Source: Octopus sinensis (Eukaryota). From it: DNA of 64,000 nucleotides. The first letter of the stretch is position 1; each line of letters begins with the position of its first letter. The translations under genes were made by a program, and so were the position numbers. The stretch is from positions 89,094,001 through 89,158,000 of the forward strand of contig NC_042998.1 of assembly GCF_006345805.1 (NCBI RefSeq), read 5' to 3'. Positions 24,291 through 37,189 of the stretch are shown here, piece by piece. The notes under the pieces are model-generated. The model saw only the letters and a list, made by a program, of their open reading frames with translations, searched no databases and was not told where the DNA came from.

Positions 24291-24938
24291 TAAAGAGGTT
24301 GATTCAGTCCGATAAACAACTGATTTATTGTTAACTTGTTTGGCATTTCGCACGCTACAGCATATAGATTAAGAAACATTACTATATCTGCCACAATCTC
24401 TGTTAAATACCATTTTCTTTATTGAAGAATATGATCTACCATCCCAGGATGGTTAGGTACCTAACATACGTCAATGGTTAACGATACAACAATATATTAC
24501 TTGTTAATAATATTCAATCACACCCCTGCCACTTTTTTGTTTTTTTTAAATATATAGACCCATTTTTAAATATACACTCGTTCGATAAAATCACCATCCC
24601 TTGATAACCAATAAGAAACGTACATGTAATTAAGTAAAATATCCGATTTACGTCACTGAATCGAATGATGTCTACATCTGCTACATATCATTCGAGCTTC
24701 GTTTATTCCAATTAAAAAAGAAATTATGATTTAGACTATTAGATTTTAAAATGTTTTCGAACTGAATACGTCATGGATGACGAACTACATGATATGACTT
24801 TCACTCAGTATTTTAATATTTATTACTTCGCCATAAAAAGAAAAAAAACTTGAGTATTTATTTATCCCTTTATTTATTCATCCATTTCATCATCATCATC
24901 AATATTATATGTATAATTGTTGCTGTTGTGTTTGTTAA

Positions 24939-25870
24939 GGAGGCAAGTTGACAGAATCGTTAGCACGCCGGACGAAATGCCGCTAAATATTTTGTCCGTC
25001 TTTACGTTCTGAGTTCAAATTCTGCCGAAGACGACTTTGCCTTTCATCCTTTCGAGGTCCGTAGAATAAGTACCAAGTGAGTACTGGGGTCAATGTAATC
25101 GACTATCCCCCTCCCCCAAATTTCACGTCTTGTACCTGTAATAGAAAAGATTATTAATATTATTCATTATTATTACCATTATTTTTGTTGTTGTTGATGT
25201 TGTTAAGGCAGCGAGCTGGCAGAATCGTTAGCACGCCGGACAAAATGCTTAGCGATATTTCTTCTGCTTTTACTTTTTGAGTTCAAATTCTGCTGGTGTC
25301 GACTTTGCCTGCAATCCTTTCCGGGTTGATAAAATAAGTAACAGTCGGACAATGGAGTAGACCTCTCTCCCCAAATTTGAGGCTTTGAACCTATAATAGA
25401 AAGGGTTATTGATATTGTTGTTGTTGTTCTTAAAGCGGCGAGCTGACAAAAACGTTGGCACACTGGACAAAATGCTTAGCGGCATTTCGTCCGTCTTTAC
25501 GTTCAGACTTCAAATTTGGCATGGATTGACTTTGTCATTCACCTTCTCCGGGTTCGATAAAATAAGAACTAGTTAAACACCGAGGTCGATGTAATCAACT
25601 TAGCCCCTCCTCCAAAACTGGCGACCTTGTGCCAAAATGTCAAACCATTATTGGTGTTAAGGCGGAGAGCTGGCAGAATCGGTAGCATGCCGGACAAAAT
25701 ACGTATCAGTATTTCATCCATCTTTACGTTCTGAGTTCAAATTCCGCCGGGGGTCGACTTTGCCTTTCCTCTTTTCAGATCGACAAGTACCAGCTTAGCA
25801 CTAGGGTCTATGTGGTCGTCTAGCCTTCTCCCTCCAAACTACAGGCTTTGTGCCTATGGGATAACAATTA
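24939..25870 (+). mobile_element. four tandem same-orientation SINE family B copies
   Basis: Heads at ~24939, 25206, 25434, 25661, each after a TTGTTGTT(T)AA-like tract. Confidence 0.9.
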
Positions 25871-26757
25871 TTATTATTGGCCGTGTCGCTAGAACTTCAC
25901 TAGACCATCGGAACCGAAACTTCAATCTTACAATCATGAATCGAACACCTCTAACCACTAAGCCACGCATCTCTACAAACATTTCAGCATGTCCATAAAA
26001 TCGCGTTCCATAAAATGGCAATGAACTAGCAGAAGCTGCACAAGGTGCCTTACAATATAAAACTTCAGCAGTATACTTACAGTATACAATTTCTTCCTTC
26101 TGCTTGATTAGATGTAACAATTCTTTTTCATCTGGTTCGATAAAATAACTACAAGTTATATAATGGATTCGATTTCATTTTATATTGGCCAAATGTCAGT
26201 CTAATAATTGTTAATATAAATATGGCGATCACTTGTAGAACAGGAACTTAGCTCTCGAGTTGCCAATTCTTCAAAATGTTTTTGATTTACAAACACCATT
26301 GAGACAGGATCAGGTTTCATTTCTACATATTTTATATCCTTTTGAGTAACTAAGACATAAATATAAATCTCATTGGTAGCACTATTAAAAGGAAGTTATA
26401 TTATTTGATATCATTAAACAGGTCCTCCGAGAGAAATTTAGCAATGGAGAATAAAAATGTTTCCGAATGAAAGAAAATCGTCTAAAATTTCATGAAAACT
26501 GCGATTTTTTAATGAAGGAGAAAGAAGGAGCTCGTAGATAGTGGACCTCTAATTGGCCCTCAGGGTCCTAGAATGATGCACCAACTTAGCCCCTTTCGAA
26601 TATGCCATGTATTGAACCTGTGTTTAAAATAACTTTGCTAAAACTTTTAAAAAATTATATTTTACCCGGTTTGATCCCTGAATAGTTTGTTATAAACGAC
26701 TTGAAAGTATGGAATTTCTTTGACAGTATATACTACTATAATATACAAGGTTCAAAT

Positions 26758-27368
26758 GGCGGCGAGCTGGCAGAATCGTAAGCGGTTACATTCTGCTTTC
26801 AAATTCCGCCGAGGTCGATTTTACCTTTCATCCTTTCCGGGTCGATTAAATAAGTACCAGTTACGCACTGGGGTCGATGTAATCGACTTAATCCCTTAGT
26901 CTGTCCTTGTTTGTCCCCTGTATGTTTAGCTCCTAGTGGGCAATAAAGTAATTAATATACAAGGTTCAAATGGCGGCGACCTTGCAGAAACGTTAGCACG
27001 CCGGGCGAAATGCCTATCGGTATTTCGTCTGCCGTTACGTTCTGAGTTCAAATTCCGCCGAGGTCGACTTTGCCTTTCATCGTTTCGGGGTCGATAAATT
27101 AAGTACCAGTTACGCACTGGGGTCGATGTAATCGACTTAATATCTATGTCTGTCCTTGTTTGTCCACTCTGTGTTTAGCCCCTTGTGGGTAATAAAGAAA
27201 TAGGTATTTCGTCTGTCTTTACATTCTGAGTTCAAATTCTGCCGAGGTTGACTTTGCCTTTCATCCTTTTGGAGTCGATAAGTAAAATACCAGTCGCATA
27301 CTAGGGTCGATTCAATTGATTGGTCCCCTTTCCCAAAATTTCGGGCCTTGTGCCTAGAGTAGAAAAGA
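26758..27368 (+). mobile_element. stack of three SINE family B units with two different tails
   Basis: 26758-26950 and 26971-27200 end in ...GTGGG(C/T)AATAAAG (tail 1); 27203-27368 lacks the head and ends in ...GTGCCTAGAGTAGAAAAGAAT (tail 2). Confidence 0.9.
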
Positions 27369-28049
27369 ATATACAAGGGTCAAAAGGCAACGATACATTC
27401 CACATAAGTCAAGGTTGTGCTATTAATTGGGTTATTGATACAGCCATTTCACCTACATCATGTACTGGCTATTTCCAGACCTTATTGATTGATCACCATT
27501 ATGACCATGTATTTAAGAAACCTGGTTCACAATCACGGAATGATTGTAAAATCTTCTTAAGGGGATCTGGAGTCGATTTCTTATGGGTAAAGTTACGTTA
27601 CTGAAACCCATCAGGTTGACAGTACGTGTTCACATGTTCTTCACTTCATACATCGTTTGCCGATTCCCACGCGTAATAATACTCATTGTTTCTGACATAT
27701 GAAACTAAAACGAGATTGCAGGTTTAATTTGTTGGATTCTTACATCATATTCCACCGTATTCAATACTTTAAAGTACAATTAATTCATCAGAATTAAAAG
27801 ACATAGACAAACAAAAGTATGTGTTAATTAATTTGCCTCTTGACTACAAGGCTTAAAAATAACATAACTGACTTGAAATTCTGTTCACATGAGACATTGC
27901 ATTGTATATTTGAGTCACGTAATATGACAAGTCTGAGGTTTTATTGTCGCTTTGTGGAACCGCCATAATGTCATTTAACTCTTCCTCAAACAAGTCCGAT
28001 TGACCTGCGAAAAATAGCAGTTGAACTATTTCAAATGACATTCTAACTT

Positions 28050-28225
28050 CCGGGCAAAATGCTTAGAGGTATTTCATCGGTCTTTACGCTCCGAGTTCAA
28101 ATTCCGCCGAGGTGGTATTTGTCTTTCATCCTCTCAGGGTCGATAAAATAAGTACCACCGGGGTCGTTGTAATCGACTTGCCTCTTCCCTCAAAATTACT
28201 GCCTAAGGTCCAAAATTTGAAACCA
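28050..28225 (+). mobile_element. SINE family B, diverged
   Basis: GAGTTCAAATTCCGCCGAGG...GGGTCGATAAAATAAGTACC. Confidence 0.8.
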
Positions 28226-28382
28226 ATATTATAGATATATCATGTGTGTATGTGTGTGTGTGTGCATATATATATATATATACATTTATCAAAAGGATGT
28301 GTTATAACACTATTCCACATATACAAAAATAGCCATACCAACAATCCAACATGCCTCCATCATCAGCTATGTATGTAATGTA

Positions 28383-28417
<35 letters not shown>

Positions 28418-28419
28418 TA

Positions 28420-28469
<50 letters not shown>

Positions 28470-28651
28470 ACATATATGTATACACACACAAAAGCGTGTA
28501 TGTCTGCACATGAATGTGTGATATTTTATATTGTTTTTTAGCCCTACTTCAGTTCTAATCGAGTGGAACTATGAGAAACGGCATTTCATCAGTGACTGTC
28601 CCGTGTCTCTTTTTTCCAGAAATTGTGAATATAAACCATCCTAACGAAAAA

Positions 28652-29098
28652 ATGGATATTATTACGCGTGGGAATTGAACCCACACCTCCTATTTTCGCG
28701 ATAAATATACTGCCTGATTACAACAACATACCCTCCCTTTTTTTCCCGTCAAATGTAGGAACTATGATATCATAGCGGTACATATATAAGCATGTGCGAA
28801 TTTTGCGTGAATTAGGGAACGGCGGCAGGGCGCTTATATGCCCTAATATTAGACTATTTTCCAAAGTCAATATACGATGAAGTTTCAATTTTATTTACAA
28901 AATTTCACTCGCTGACGTTTCCTAGTTCACGCAGAATTCGCACATCTTTACATATTTACCGCTATGAAATCATATTTCCGAAATTTAACGCCAAAAAAAA
29001 CAACAAAAAAAACAGGTGGGTATGTTAGTGTAATCGGTCAAGACACTTATCGTGAAAATAATCAATGTGGTTCGATTTCCACGCGTACTAATGCTCAT
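28652..29098. mobile_element. foldback element with ~175-190-bp inverted arms, each containing a tRNA-like unit
   Basis: Left arm 28652-28826 vs right arm 28911-29098 (e.g. CATAGCGGTA/TACCGCTATG, ATGTGCGAATT/AATTCGCACAT, TACGCGTGG/CCACGCGTA). Right arm 29019-29090 folds as a cloverleaf. Confidence 0.8.
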
Positions 29099-29104
29099 AT
29101 ATTC

Positions 29105-29300
29105 TTTCATCTGTTTCAGTCAATTGACGGCAGCCATGTTGGGACAGCGCCTTAAAGGTTTTTCTTTTAAGTCGAAGAAATCGATCCCAGAACTTCTTTT
29201 TAAGCCTAGTACTTAATTTAATCAGTCTATTTTGCCAAACCGCTAAGTTATGGGGACATAAACGCACCAACATTGGTCGTCAAGCGATGGTAGGGAACGA
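29105..29300 (-). mobile_element. SINE family A, 3' module
   Basis: TGTTTCAGTC...GCAGCCATGTTGGG...CCGCTAAGTTATGGGGAC. Confidence 0.75.
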
Positions 29301-31377
29301 ATTAGGTAAGAGGAATGAAATGGAAACGATGTATTCTGTAGGAGTTCATGATATTGGTTTACCAGTAATAAATGTAGCTAGAATTTTTGCAGAAGGAAAC
29401 TGTGCAGAAGACCATCGTGGGGATAGTTAATGACGCTTTAATGTATTTCAAGATTCGAAACTTGAAGTAGAAAAAAAAAGCAAATGCAAAAAGAAACAAC
29501 CAAATACTTTACATACAATCTTTTTATTTGTAGAAGCACAACTTGACTGGTTTGTTTGCGTATTGTGTATCCAGTAGTTGACATCTGCCTGAAATATAAA
29601 GCTACGGTTACATTTGAACTCGTTAATGAAGCCAAGAAACCTCGCCATCACAGATTATAATGGCTGATTCAAAATCCCTTTTAACATTTGCAGGAACAGG
29701 CTAACAACTGAAGTTATTTGAGGTCAATCAAGCTTTCGAATACATGTCTCATTTCCCCTTCTCTCTCTGTTACTTACATTTCTTATCACATCATGACAAC
29801 TTTCATCCTTCTTCCCACTGTATTTATCAAAGCTTCTGTCTTCGGTCCATTCGTTGATTGCTATGGCTCGGAGATTCCAGGAAAGCTGCTCTACTGTCCT
29901 GTCCTTAATACAGCCAGCTCCTTATATCACTCCGACCAGCTGAATTAAGTTTATCACGTCAACCGAATAGGAATCCTGTTATATTCTGCTATTTTTGGGA
30001 CAATCAATATTATTCCAGCTTTTGACAATGACATCATTTTGTAAATGTATAAACTATATCTATCTATCTATCTATCTATCTATATATATATATCACGCGC
30101 ACCTTCTCTTGTTGAGATCACGAGCACTTTATCATATCCTTTTCATTCAATCTCTTTTTCCCCCCAATCATTCGCCATGTTGGACCGCTGAAATCTATGT
30201 GCTTTTCATTCTCTCTGTTTATTTTCTCTTATTCCTTACTCTTGAAGAGCGTACACTCGACACATAAAAGACTTTTTCATTTTTCCCGATCGTCAAACTA
30301 ATACACTTGCTTGTTCTTCATACACACTTCGTCTTTTGTTTTTCTATAAATTTTAACTACATATGTGTGTATGTATGTATTCGTAGCAAAGTACCAGATA
30401 TAGTTTTAAAATATATCAAAACTAAAATATAACAAAATAAAAACTAAAAATATATTAAATAAATACTAAAGGGACTTCTCAATCGCAGTATATAATGATA
30501 TACTGAAGTATAATGCAAGATATATTCCCATTGGCATATATATTATATAAAATACATACCCTATGAAACAAATACTACTACTATATATTTCCGTCAGAAT
30601 ATATACTCCGTCAAATACATTCGGCATAAACAAAGAGAAACTCCAGTTGTTTAGATACAAACTTTTTAAACGACTTGATATTTAATAATTTTGTGCCTAA
30701 AGGCGAGTTTGCTGCATTACTCTGACTTCTGAATTTTATATCAGGTACAGGAAAAGTCAATAGCTTCAAAAAGATTTCATAGCTGCTATGTGGTTCCGGT
30801 TTCAATCTAACAGAGCGGCTCTTGAACAAGTGCTTTCTACTGTAGCCTCGGCTTAACCAAGGCATTACAAGTGAAATTTGGTAAAATTAACTGTGGAGAA
30901 CCGCGTCAGAAAAATATTTCTTGATCTTTGTTGGAAAACACAACCCGACATCCGGTTTAATATCACTGCCGGGTCTTTTGGTATATTAAACGGATTGCAC
31001 TTTGGTTCCGAGCACGATATTTTCTCTTCACACCAGCATTAGATGGTCAAAGAATGGATATAGGTGTTGCTCTTCTTCCTCAGATTAAGCAATGTATGTA
31101 TAGAATTATATGCGTGTCTGAAGTAGATTGTTGAGAGGACGTAAGAATTTAAAAGTTTTTCTGTGCAAAACTAAATAATAGGATTATTATTAAAAGAAAT
31201 GCACTAATGGTGTACAACTTTATTTGTAAAATATATTTATCAGCAATTCTATCTATGTATCTATCTATGCCTTTCTCTCTCTTCATATATATATTCCATT
31301 CAGGTTTAGGTTCTTCTTGTCAGTCACGTTAAACTCCCACCGTTGCGTCTTCACCCGGTCTCCCCTCTCTCTATATA

Positions 31378-31895
31378 CAATAATACCCCATTTTACGAGG
31401 CCCCGGGTTTATGAATTTTATTTTATGATAAATATAAAAAGGTTAAGCAGCCATTTTGTGAACGAAGTGCAAACGTTTCTACTACCATAGCAAACGCTTC
31501 TGCGTGTTATCGAGAAATTTATAGAGAACGATAAAAAAAGAAAAAGAAAGCTTCTAAGCAAACAACTCTAGACTTGGTTTTGAAAAGAAATCTACAAGTC
31601 CGTCTAGGAATGCTTGTGGATCGGTGATCGTGCCTACAAATGCGCGTGAAACTGATTCAGGAAACGATTATAATAATATTTTTTTTTATCCAAAATGATC
31701 TTGAAATTCTTTTTACTTTACATAAAATATTCTTTGATTTATTGCCATTTATCTACGAGTATTATAAATTTTATAGGTATAATATTTTTCTGGGAACGAA
31801 TTACGATTGGGAACACAGCTACTATGGGAAATTATTTGCTCTGTTTTACGAGCTGTCTCCGAGAACAAATTAACTCTTTTATCGAGGCATTACTG
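31378..31895 (+). mobile_element. pogo/Tigger-like non-autonomous DNA transposon
   Basis: TA-CAATAATACCCC ... CGAGGCATTACTG-TA termini; internal CYREIYRE...KKASKQTTLD typical of pogo transposase C-terminus. Confidence 0.6.
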
Positions 31896-31924
31896 TATAT
31901 GCGTGCATGCATATATTATTCTTT

Positions 31925-32275
31925 TATTTGTTTCAGTTATTTGACTGCAGCCATGCTGGAGCACCGACTTTAGTCGAAAAAATCGCCCCCCCAACTTATT
32001 CTTTGTAAGCCTAGTACTTATCCTATCGGTATCTTTAGCCTAACTGCAAAGTTACGGGCCCGTAAACACATCAACATCGGTTGTCAAGCGATGTTGGAGC
32101 ACAAACACAGACACACACATATATATACGACGGGCTTCTTTCAGTTTCCGTCTACCAAAGCCATTCATATAGTTTTGGTCAGCCCGGGACTATAGTAGAA
32201 GACACTTGCCCAAGGTGCCACGCAGTGGGACTGAACCCGGAACCATGTGGTTAGCAGGCAAACTTCTTGCCACAT
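31925..32275 (-). mobile_element. SINE family A, near full length
   Basis: Colinear with reverse complement of 61209-61604. Confidence 0.9.
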
Positions 32276-32347
32276 GACTGGCGGTTTTATTTAAACATGT
32301 ACAGTATTTGTTATATATTAAGACTTCAATGCACACACGCGTGCACG

Positions 32348-32401
<54 letters not shown>

Positions 32402-32479
32402 CAGTGGATCATATATCCAAAAAAGAAGCGCACTCTAAAAGTTAGAGCAGTAATGTATCAGGTGCTCTCAGCTATGGTC

Positions 32480-32870
32480 AACCAGTGTTTAATAATGTTT
32501 AAGGAAAGATTCAGCATAATCTCCTTCGGAATAGTAAAATTGCACGACAATACACCAGTCTCAGCGTTCCTGTAACTTTTGGCATCCGGCCTGGAAGTAG
32601 TTTTTCGGAAACGAGTCGAGGACCTTCTGAGATTCGCTCTGGATTTCGACAGCGGTGTTAAAACGGTGACCTTTGAACTGCCTTTTCATATCGGGGAAGA
32701 GATGGAAGTCCGAAGATGCTAACTCTGGCGAATAGAGCGCGCACCGAAGTGATATCATGTTGTTTTTAGTGAGAAAGTCCTTGAAACGTTCCAAAACATT
32801 GCAGTAGAATTCTCAATGGACTGTCTGGCCCTAGGACACAAATTCCCGATGTACAATACCGCGGATCTAA
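32480..32870 (-). mobile_element. mariner transposase C-terminal fragment
   Basis: ORF 32561-32794 contains YSPELASSDFHLFP (YSPDLAP.D motif); 32770-32870 is homologous to ~15700-15790. Confidence 0.85.
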
Positions 32871-32919
32871 AAACAACAAACAAAAAAAGAACGATGAGCA
32901 TGGATAGGTAAATAAGAAT

Positions 32920-33270
32920 ATTATTTTCTATTCTAGACACAAGACCCAAAATTTTTGGGGAGGGGAACCAGTCGATTAGATCGATTCCAGTACACAACTG
33001 GTACTTAATTTTTCGACCCCGAAAAGATGAAAGACAACGTCGACCTCGCTGGAATTTGAACTCAGAACGTAGACAGACGAAATATCGCTAAGCATTTCGC
33101 TCGGAGTGCTAACGTTTTTGCCAGATCGCCGCCTAGGTAAATAAGAATATTCTTTTCTGCTCTAGGTACAAGGCCCGAAATTTTTGGGGATGTGGTCAGT
33201 AGATTAGATCGACATCAGTACGTAACTGGTACTTAATTTATCGACCACGAAAGGATGAAAAGCAGAGTCG
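32920..33270 (-). mobile_element. two SINE family B copies in tandem
   Basis: Central domain twice; both preceded by AGGTAAATAAGAATATT. Confidence 0.85.
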
Positions 33271-34104
33271 CTAGATAGATAGATAAATTCAGAGAAAGAG
33301 GGAGAGAGTTAGAGAGAAAGTGAGAGACAATAAAAGAGAAAGACAGAAAGAACTTAAATGTAGGGTGTATTTAAATATTTCTGTCACAGTGTAATTCATC
33401 CTTACTAAATGCTCATACAAAAAACAATGTTGACATCATTTCACAGTTTCTCATTTATTTATTTATCTATTCATTTATTTATCCTTTATTTATTTATTTA
33501 TTTATCTATTTATTGTGCATCTTAAATTTCAGTGCTTACCACACCCCAATACTTGCGACGATTGCTTTGAGAAAATCCCGCCCAGTTCGCAAAGTCAGTC
33601 GAACGAAACTGATATTTTGTCCATCGGCAAAATATCAAATATATAAATATCTCAGATTTTGCAGCTGTACCATATCTCACAGATATATTAAGACTATTTT
33701 AGTTTAGTTGTTGTTATAAGGAATCTTTTCTTTCTCTTTCTTTACCACTGTCTTTCTTTCCATATATCTAACTCTTTCTCTCTACATGATCCCATCCTTG
33801 TGTCTTTATGATTGATTCATTCGTCTCAATAACATGTGAAATCATCAGCCGTAACAATATAGAATCCAGAAGAGAAACCGAACTTCTCTGAATGTTATTA
33901 CAGTAACACGTTATATTATATTTATGTTTCCGCGCGCGCGTGCGTGTACGCATTGGCAACATCACTATTAACATCAGAATTGGTCCAGATTGCTATTATA
34001 GAAATGTTTTGATTATGAGATTTTATCGAACCACGTGCTAGAGTGTCGAACACTAAAATATTAACTAAAATTATTCGTGCCCTTGTAACATTGCTCATTG
34101 ATTT

Positions 34105-35560
34105 ACTATTTCTTTATTCACCATACGGTTTTACATAGATAGGATACTACAACACATTGGGGACACAAAACATCAAAAAAATTGTCGAATGATAGGATGA
34201 AAAAAGGGGTGATAGATGAGAGGTGAAAGTGATGTTGACTGCCCCATCAGTCAACATCACTTACTTGTCCTTTTTCATATTTGACTGAAAAATCTACGAA
34301 ATCCCCAAATTTTAACCCGTATATTTTCCAGGGTTCATCTTTCTCTTTCTATTTCAAACTTTCCCTAATCAACACGTATACATCACCAAGTTCATTTTCA
34401 AGTTCTTTCACTTGCTCCTCCGACAATACCACTTCCATTTCTTCGTCCCATCGATCTGGCATTTCTGCCTTTCATGTAATTGCTCGCTGTCTATTATACC
34501 TAAACAATATTCTTCTGGACGGGGTTTTTGAGTTGTCAATTGTGTGCATGTTTTAAGTTTTCTTGTTGGTGGGGAGTGGGTGGGTTTGGCGTCTGCGTGG
34601 TTTGGGTGGGTCACAGTGGGTGAGGGTGGTGCTGGGGTGGGTTGGGGTTCACAGTCACTTGCCTTTTTCCTTTTCCGCTGTTTTCTTTTTCCTGGGGTTT
34701 CCCATTCTTTCCCGTATTCCTTCACTTGTTTTTCTTTTTCTTCTGTTTCTTTCTGTTCCTTCTGGGGTGTTACTGTTTCTACTGCTGTTTCTTTTTTAAA
34801 TTTCCTTTACTGTCGTATTACAGTTTGCTCTTATGTGGCCTTTCAGACCACATTTATAACATCGAGGGGCTCTGCCCTCCACCCATACTCTCATTGTTAT
34901 GTCGTTTGCCGTAATCGTTTCTAATAAATTTTGTAAGGTTTCCATTTCTGCTTGGATGCTTAATTCCAGCGTCCCACCTCTCCATCCTCTATCTTCAGTT
35001 ATAGTCGCTTGGACATTGATTATCATTTACGTCTTCAATGTAATCCCAGAATTATTTCAATGAATTTAGCTTACAGAATGTATTTCTGTGCATGCTGCAT
35101 GTAAATTTTATTCTATGTCATTATTAACTTCGTTTTAATAGGATGTTCTTGCGCGATTATAGTCAGCGAGTCTGTTTCTCTTTGCAAGTTTCTTTTCTCA
35201 GTCACAACCAGTGTTCTTCATTTTCAATATCCTTGATTAGTCACTTGAATTAGCTATGTAATTCCTTCTCTTTCTAGTTATTTATCCTGTAACTTGTTTT
35301 TTTTCCCTTGAAATCTTCCACTGCTTCAGCAACTTCTTTGATATACCTAGCCGCAGCTGATAATATCTCTTCATTATTCCAAACGTAGTTTTTCAAATCA
35401 AATATCACAGAACCTTTGCTGCTTTCTCTTCTTCGAAACTAGAGCCTATCGATATCACCTTTAGGGACGATGTGAGTTTTACATTGTGAGTAGTAGTTCT
35501 ATCCAGTTCACGAAGTCTTGTCTTTACCAAGTTTAAACACGGAGCAGAACATCGCAACAT
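34105..35560 (-). mobile_element. ORF1-only L1/Tx1-like retroelement (degraded)
   Basis: CCHC knuckle GRAPRCYKCGLKGHIRANC (ORF 34796-35026), basic/Pro-rich C-terminal region, coding-like sequence ending at TGA 34249-34247, then short 3' UTR ending TATGTAAAACCGTATGGTGAATAAAGAAATA. No endonuclease/RT in between. Confidence 0.7.
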
Positions 35561-35799
35561 GGGCATAGGTGATGATTGCCTTGATATTACTTCTATTTAG
35601 TTTTGTTTCAACTTTCTATTATAGTAACTATGTACTCATTTTATTGTTCAATATTTTATAATATTGATTCCCTCTAAGGTACCAAGATAGCCGTATCCCT
35701 TACTTTTCCTCATAATATTGGAATATCTTGTACTATCTATATCCCACCAGATTTAAAATTTCAACCTCTCCCCGAAACCAATTCTGCACACTTATTTCT

Positions 35800-36400
35800 T
35801 TTAAAAGGGAAACCAATATCCCTACTAAATATCTTCAATGTTTAACGAGAGAATCATGCACCTTTTCAGTTTTGGTGCACATTTGAAGGTCATCAATGTA
35901 CAGCTGACGGTCATATTGATAATACATGGTAGCAGTCGTAAACAGCTCATGATTTATTTTCTCTCCTCATTCTTAGAAGCTCATAAGCCAATTTAGATTT
36001 TCTCAGCACTCTCGTCAAAGAAGTCTACACAAACACGAAAAACAAAAGAGTCGATGAATGTCCCTGAAATATTCCCTTCCAGGTTTTTACATTTCTCAAT
36101 AATTCACTTTCGCCCCGCAGTTCAGCTTCCCACAGTTTCATCGCTTTGTCTAATAGAAGACTATTACTCCTCTCATGTATTCCAAGGTTTCTCCGTTGAA
36201 CCCAAATCTCTTGTATGGTTATTTCTAGTACATTTTCTATTTCATATTGATTCCTTAGATCATTGCTGAACAATTTCACTATTTGAAATTGTAATTCCAG
36301 ATGTTTGCCTGCTTTATCAGATACCATTACGTCATCAATATTGAATAACCAGCGTAGTGTGCTATATTTTCTCTTGTGATTGAAGCAATTCAAAGACGCT
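35800..36400 (-). pseudogene. degraded RT fragments of an R4/Dong-like LINE
   Basis: Minus strand RQLYIDDLQM near 35890 and ELQFQIVKLFSNDL in ORF 36025-36393. Confidence 0.45.
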
Positions 36401-36931
36401 AGGATATTAACTTCTAATGAATGAACTTACTACTACTGGTGCACCTGTTGTTGCTGCAAATCTTACTGCTACTACAATTGTAATAAAGAAGACAAGAAGA
36501 CCAGAAGCCAAGCTAGATTTCTTATTTCTGATTTATTTTAGAACGAGGTCAAATTTCTGTGTAACCATTTGAATCAAACCAAGTGTCATAACAACAACAA
36601 CAACAACAACAACAATAATATTAATGACAACGACAACAAGAATAATACAATTAATTTGCTTAATGACTTAATGAAATTAAGATTTTTTTCAGTATCCGAA
36701 AATGCCATTTTAATTAATGTACTACATTTATATGTTGTTTCGATGATTACTTTAAAGTAAATGCTAACAATCTTATTAAAGTAATCCAGTAACCTAGCTA
36801 CAATAAACATCTGTCTCTGCTGAGTGAAAGTCAAGTTGATTGCGATTCTGTTTTAAAGGAGATCTATGATACCGTTAAGTTGTTTTGTTGATCCTGATAG
36901 CAATATGTATGTATGTATGTATGTATGTATG

Positions 36932-36963
<32 letters not shown>

Positions 36964-36980
36964 TGTGTGTGTGTGTGGTG

Positions 36981-37015
<35 letters not shown>

Positions 37016-37189
37016 GTCTGTCTTCTCGTTCTCTTTTTAATTTAGAGCAAATTTTTATCGACCACCGACTTAGTAGTAAGATTGTGAAGGTAATTATCTT
37101 GATTTAACAGTCATCCTTTAAATCTTAAGAATGTCCATAGATGTCCTCTTTCTCTTGAATTTAACTACATTCATACATATTTGAAGAAG

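Noticed and set aside
24939-27390. Regularly spaced repeats suggestive of a CRISPR-like array
   Set aside because: Units are ~200-bp SINEs in eukaryotic DNA, with no repeat-spacer structure or cas genes.
29019-29090. Functional tRNA gene
   Set aside because: 4-bp anticodon stem, G at position 33, imperfect T stem and wobble-rich acceptor; treated as tRNA-like only.
30238-30270. Hammerhead-like CUUGAAGAGCGUACACUCGACAC
   Set aside because: Core mutated on both sides; counted only as a decayed relative of the 8317/61730 type.
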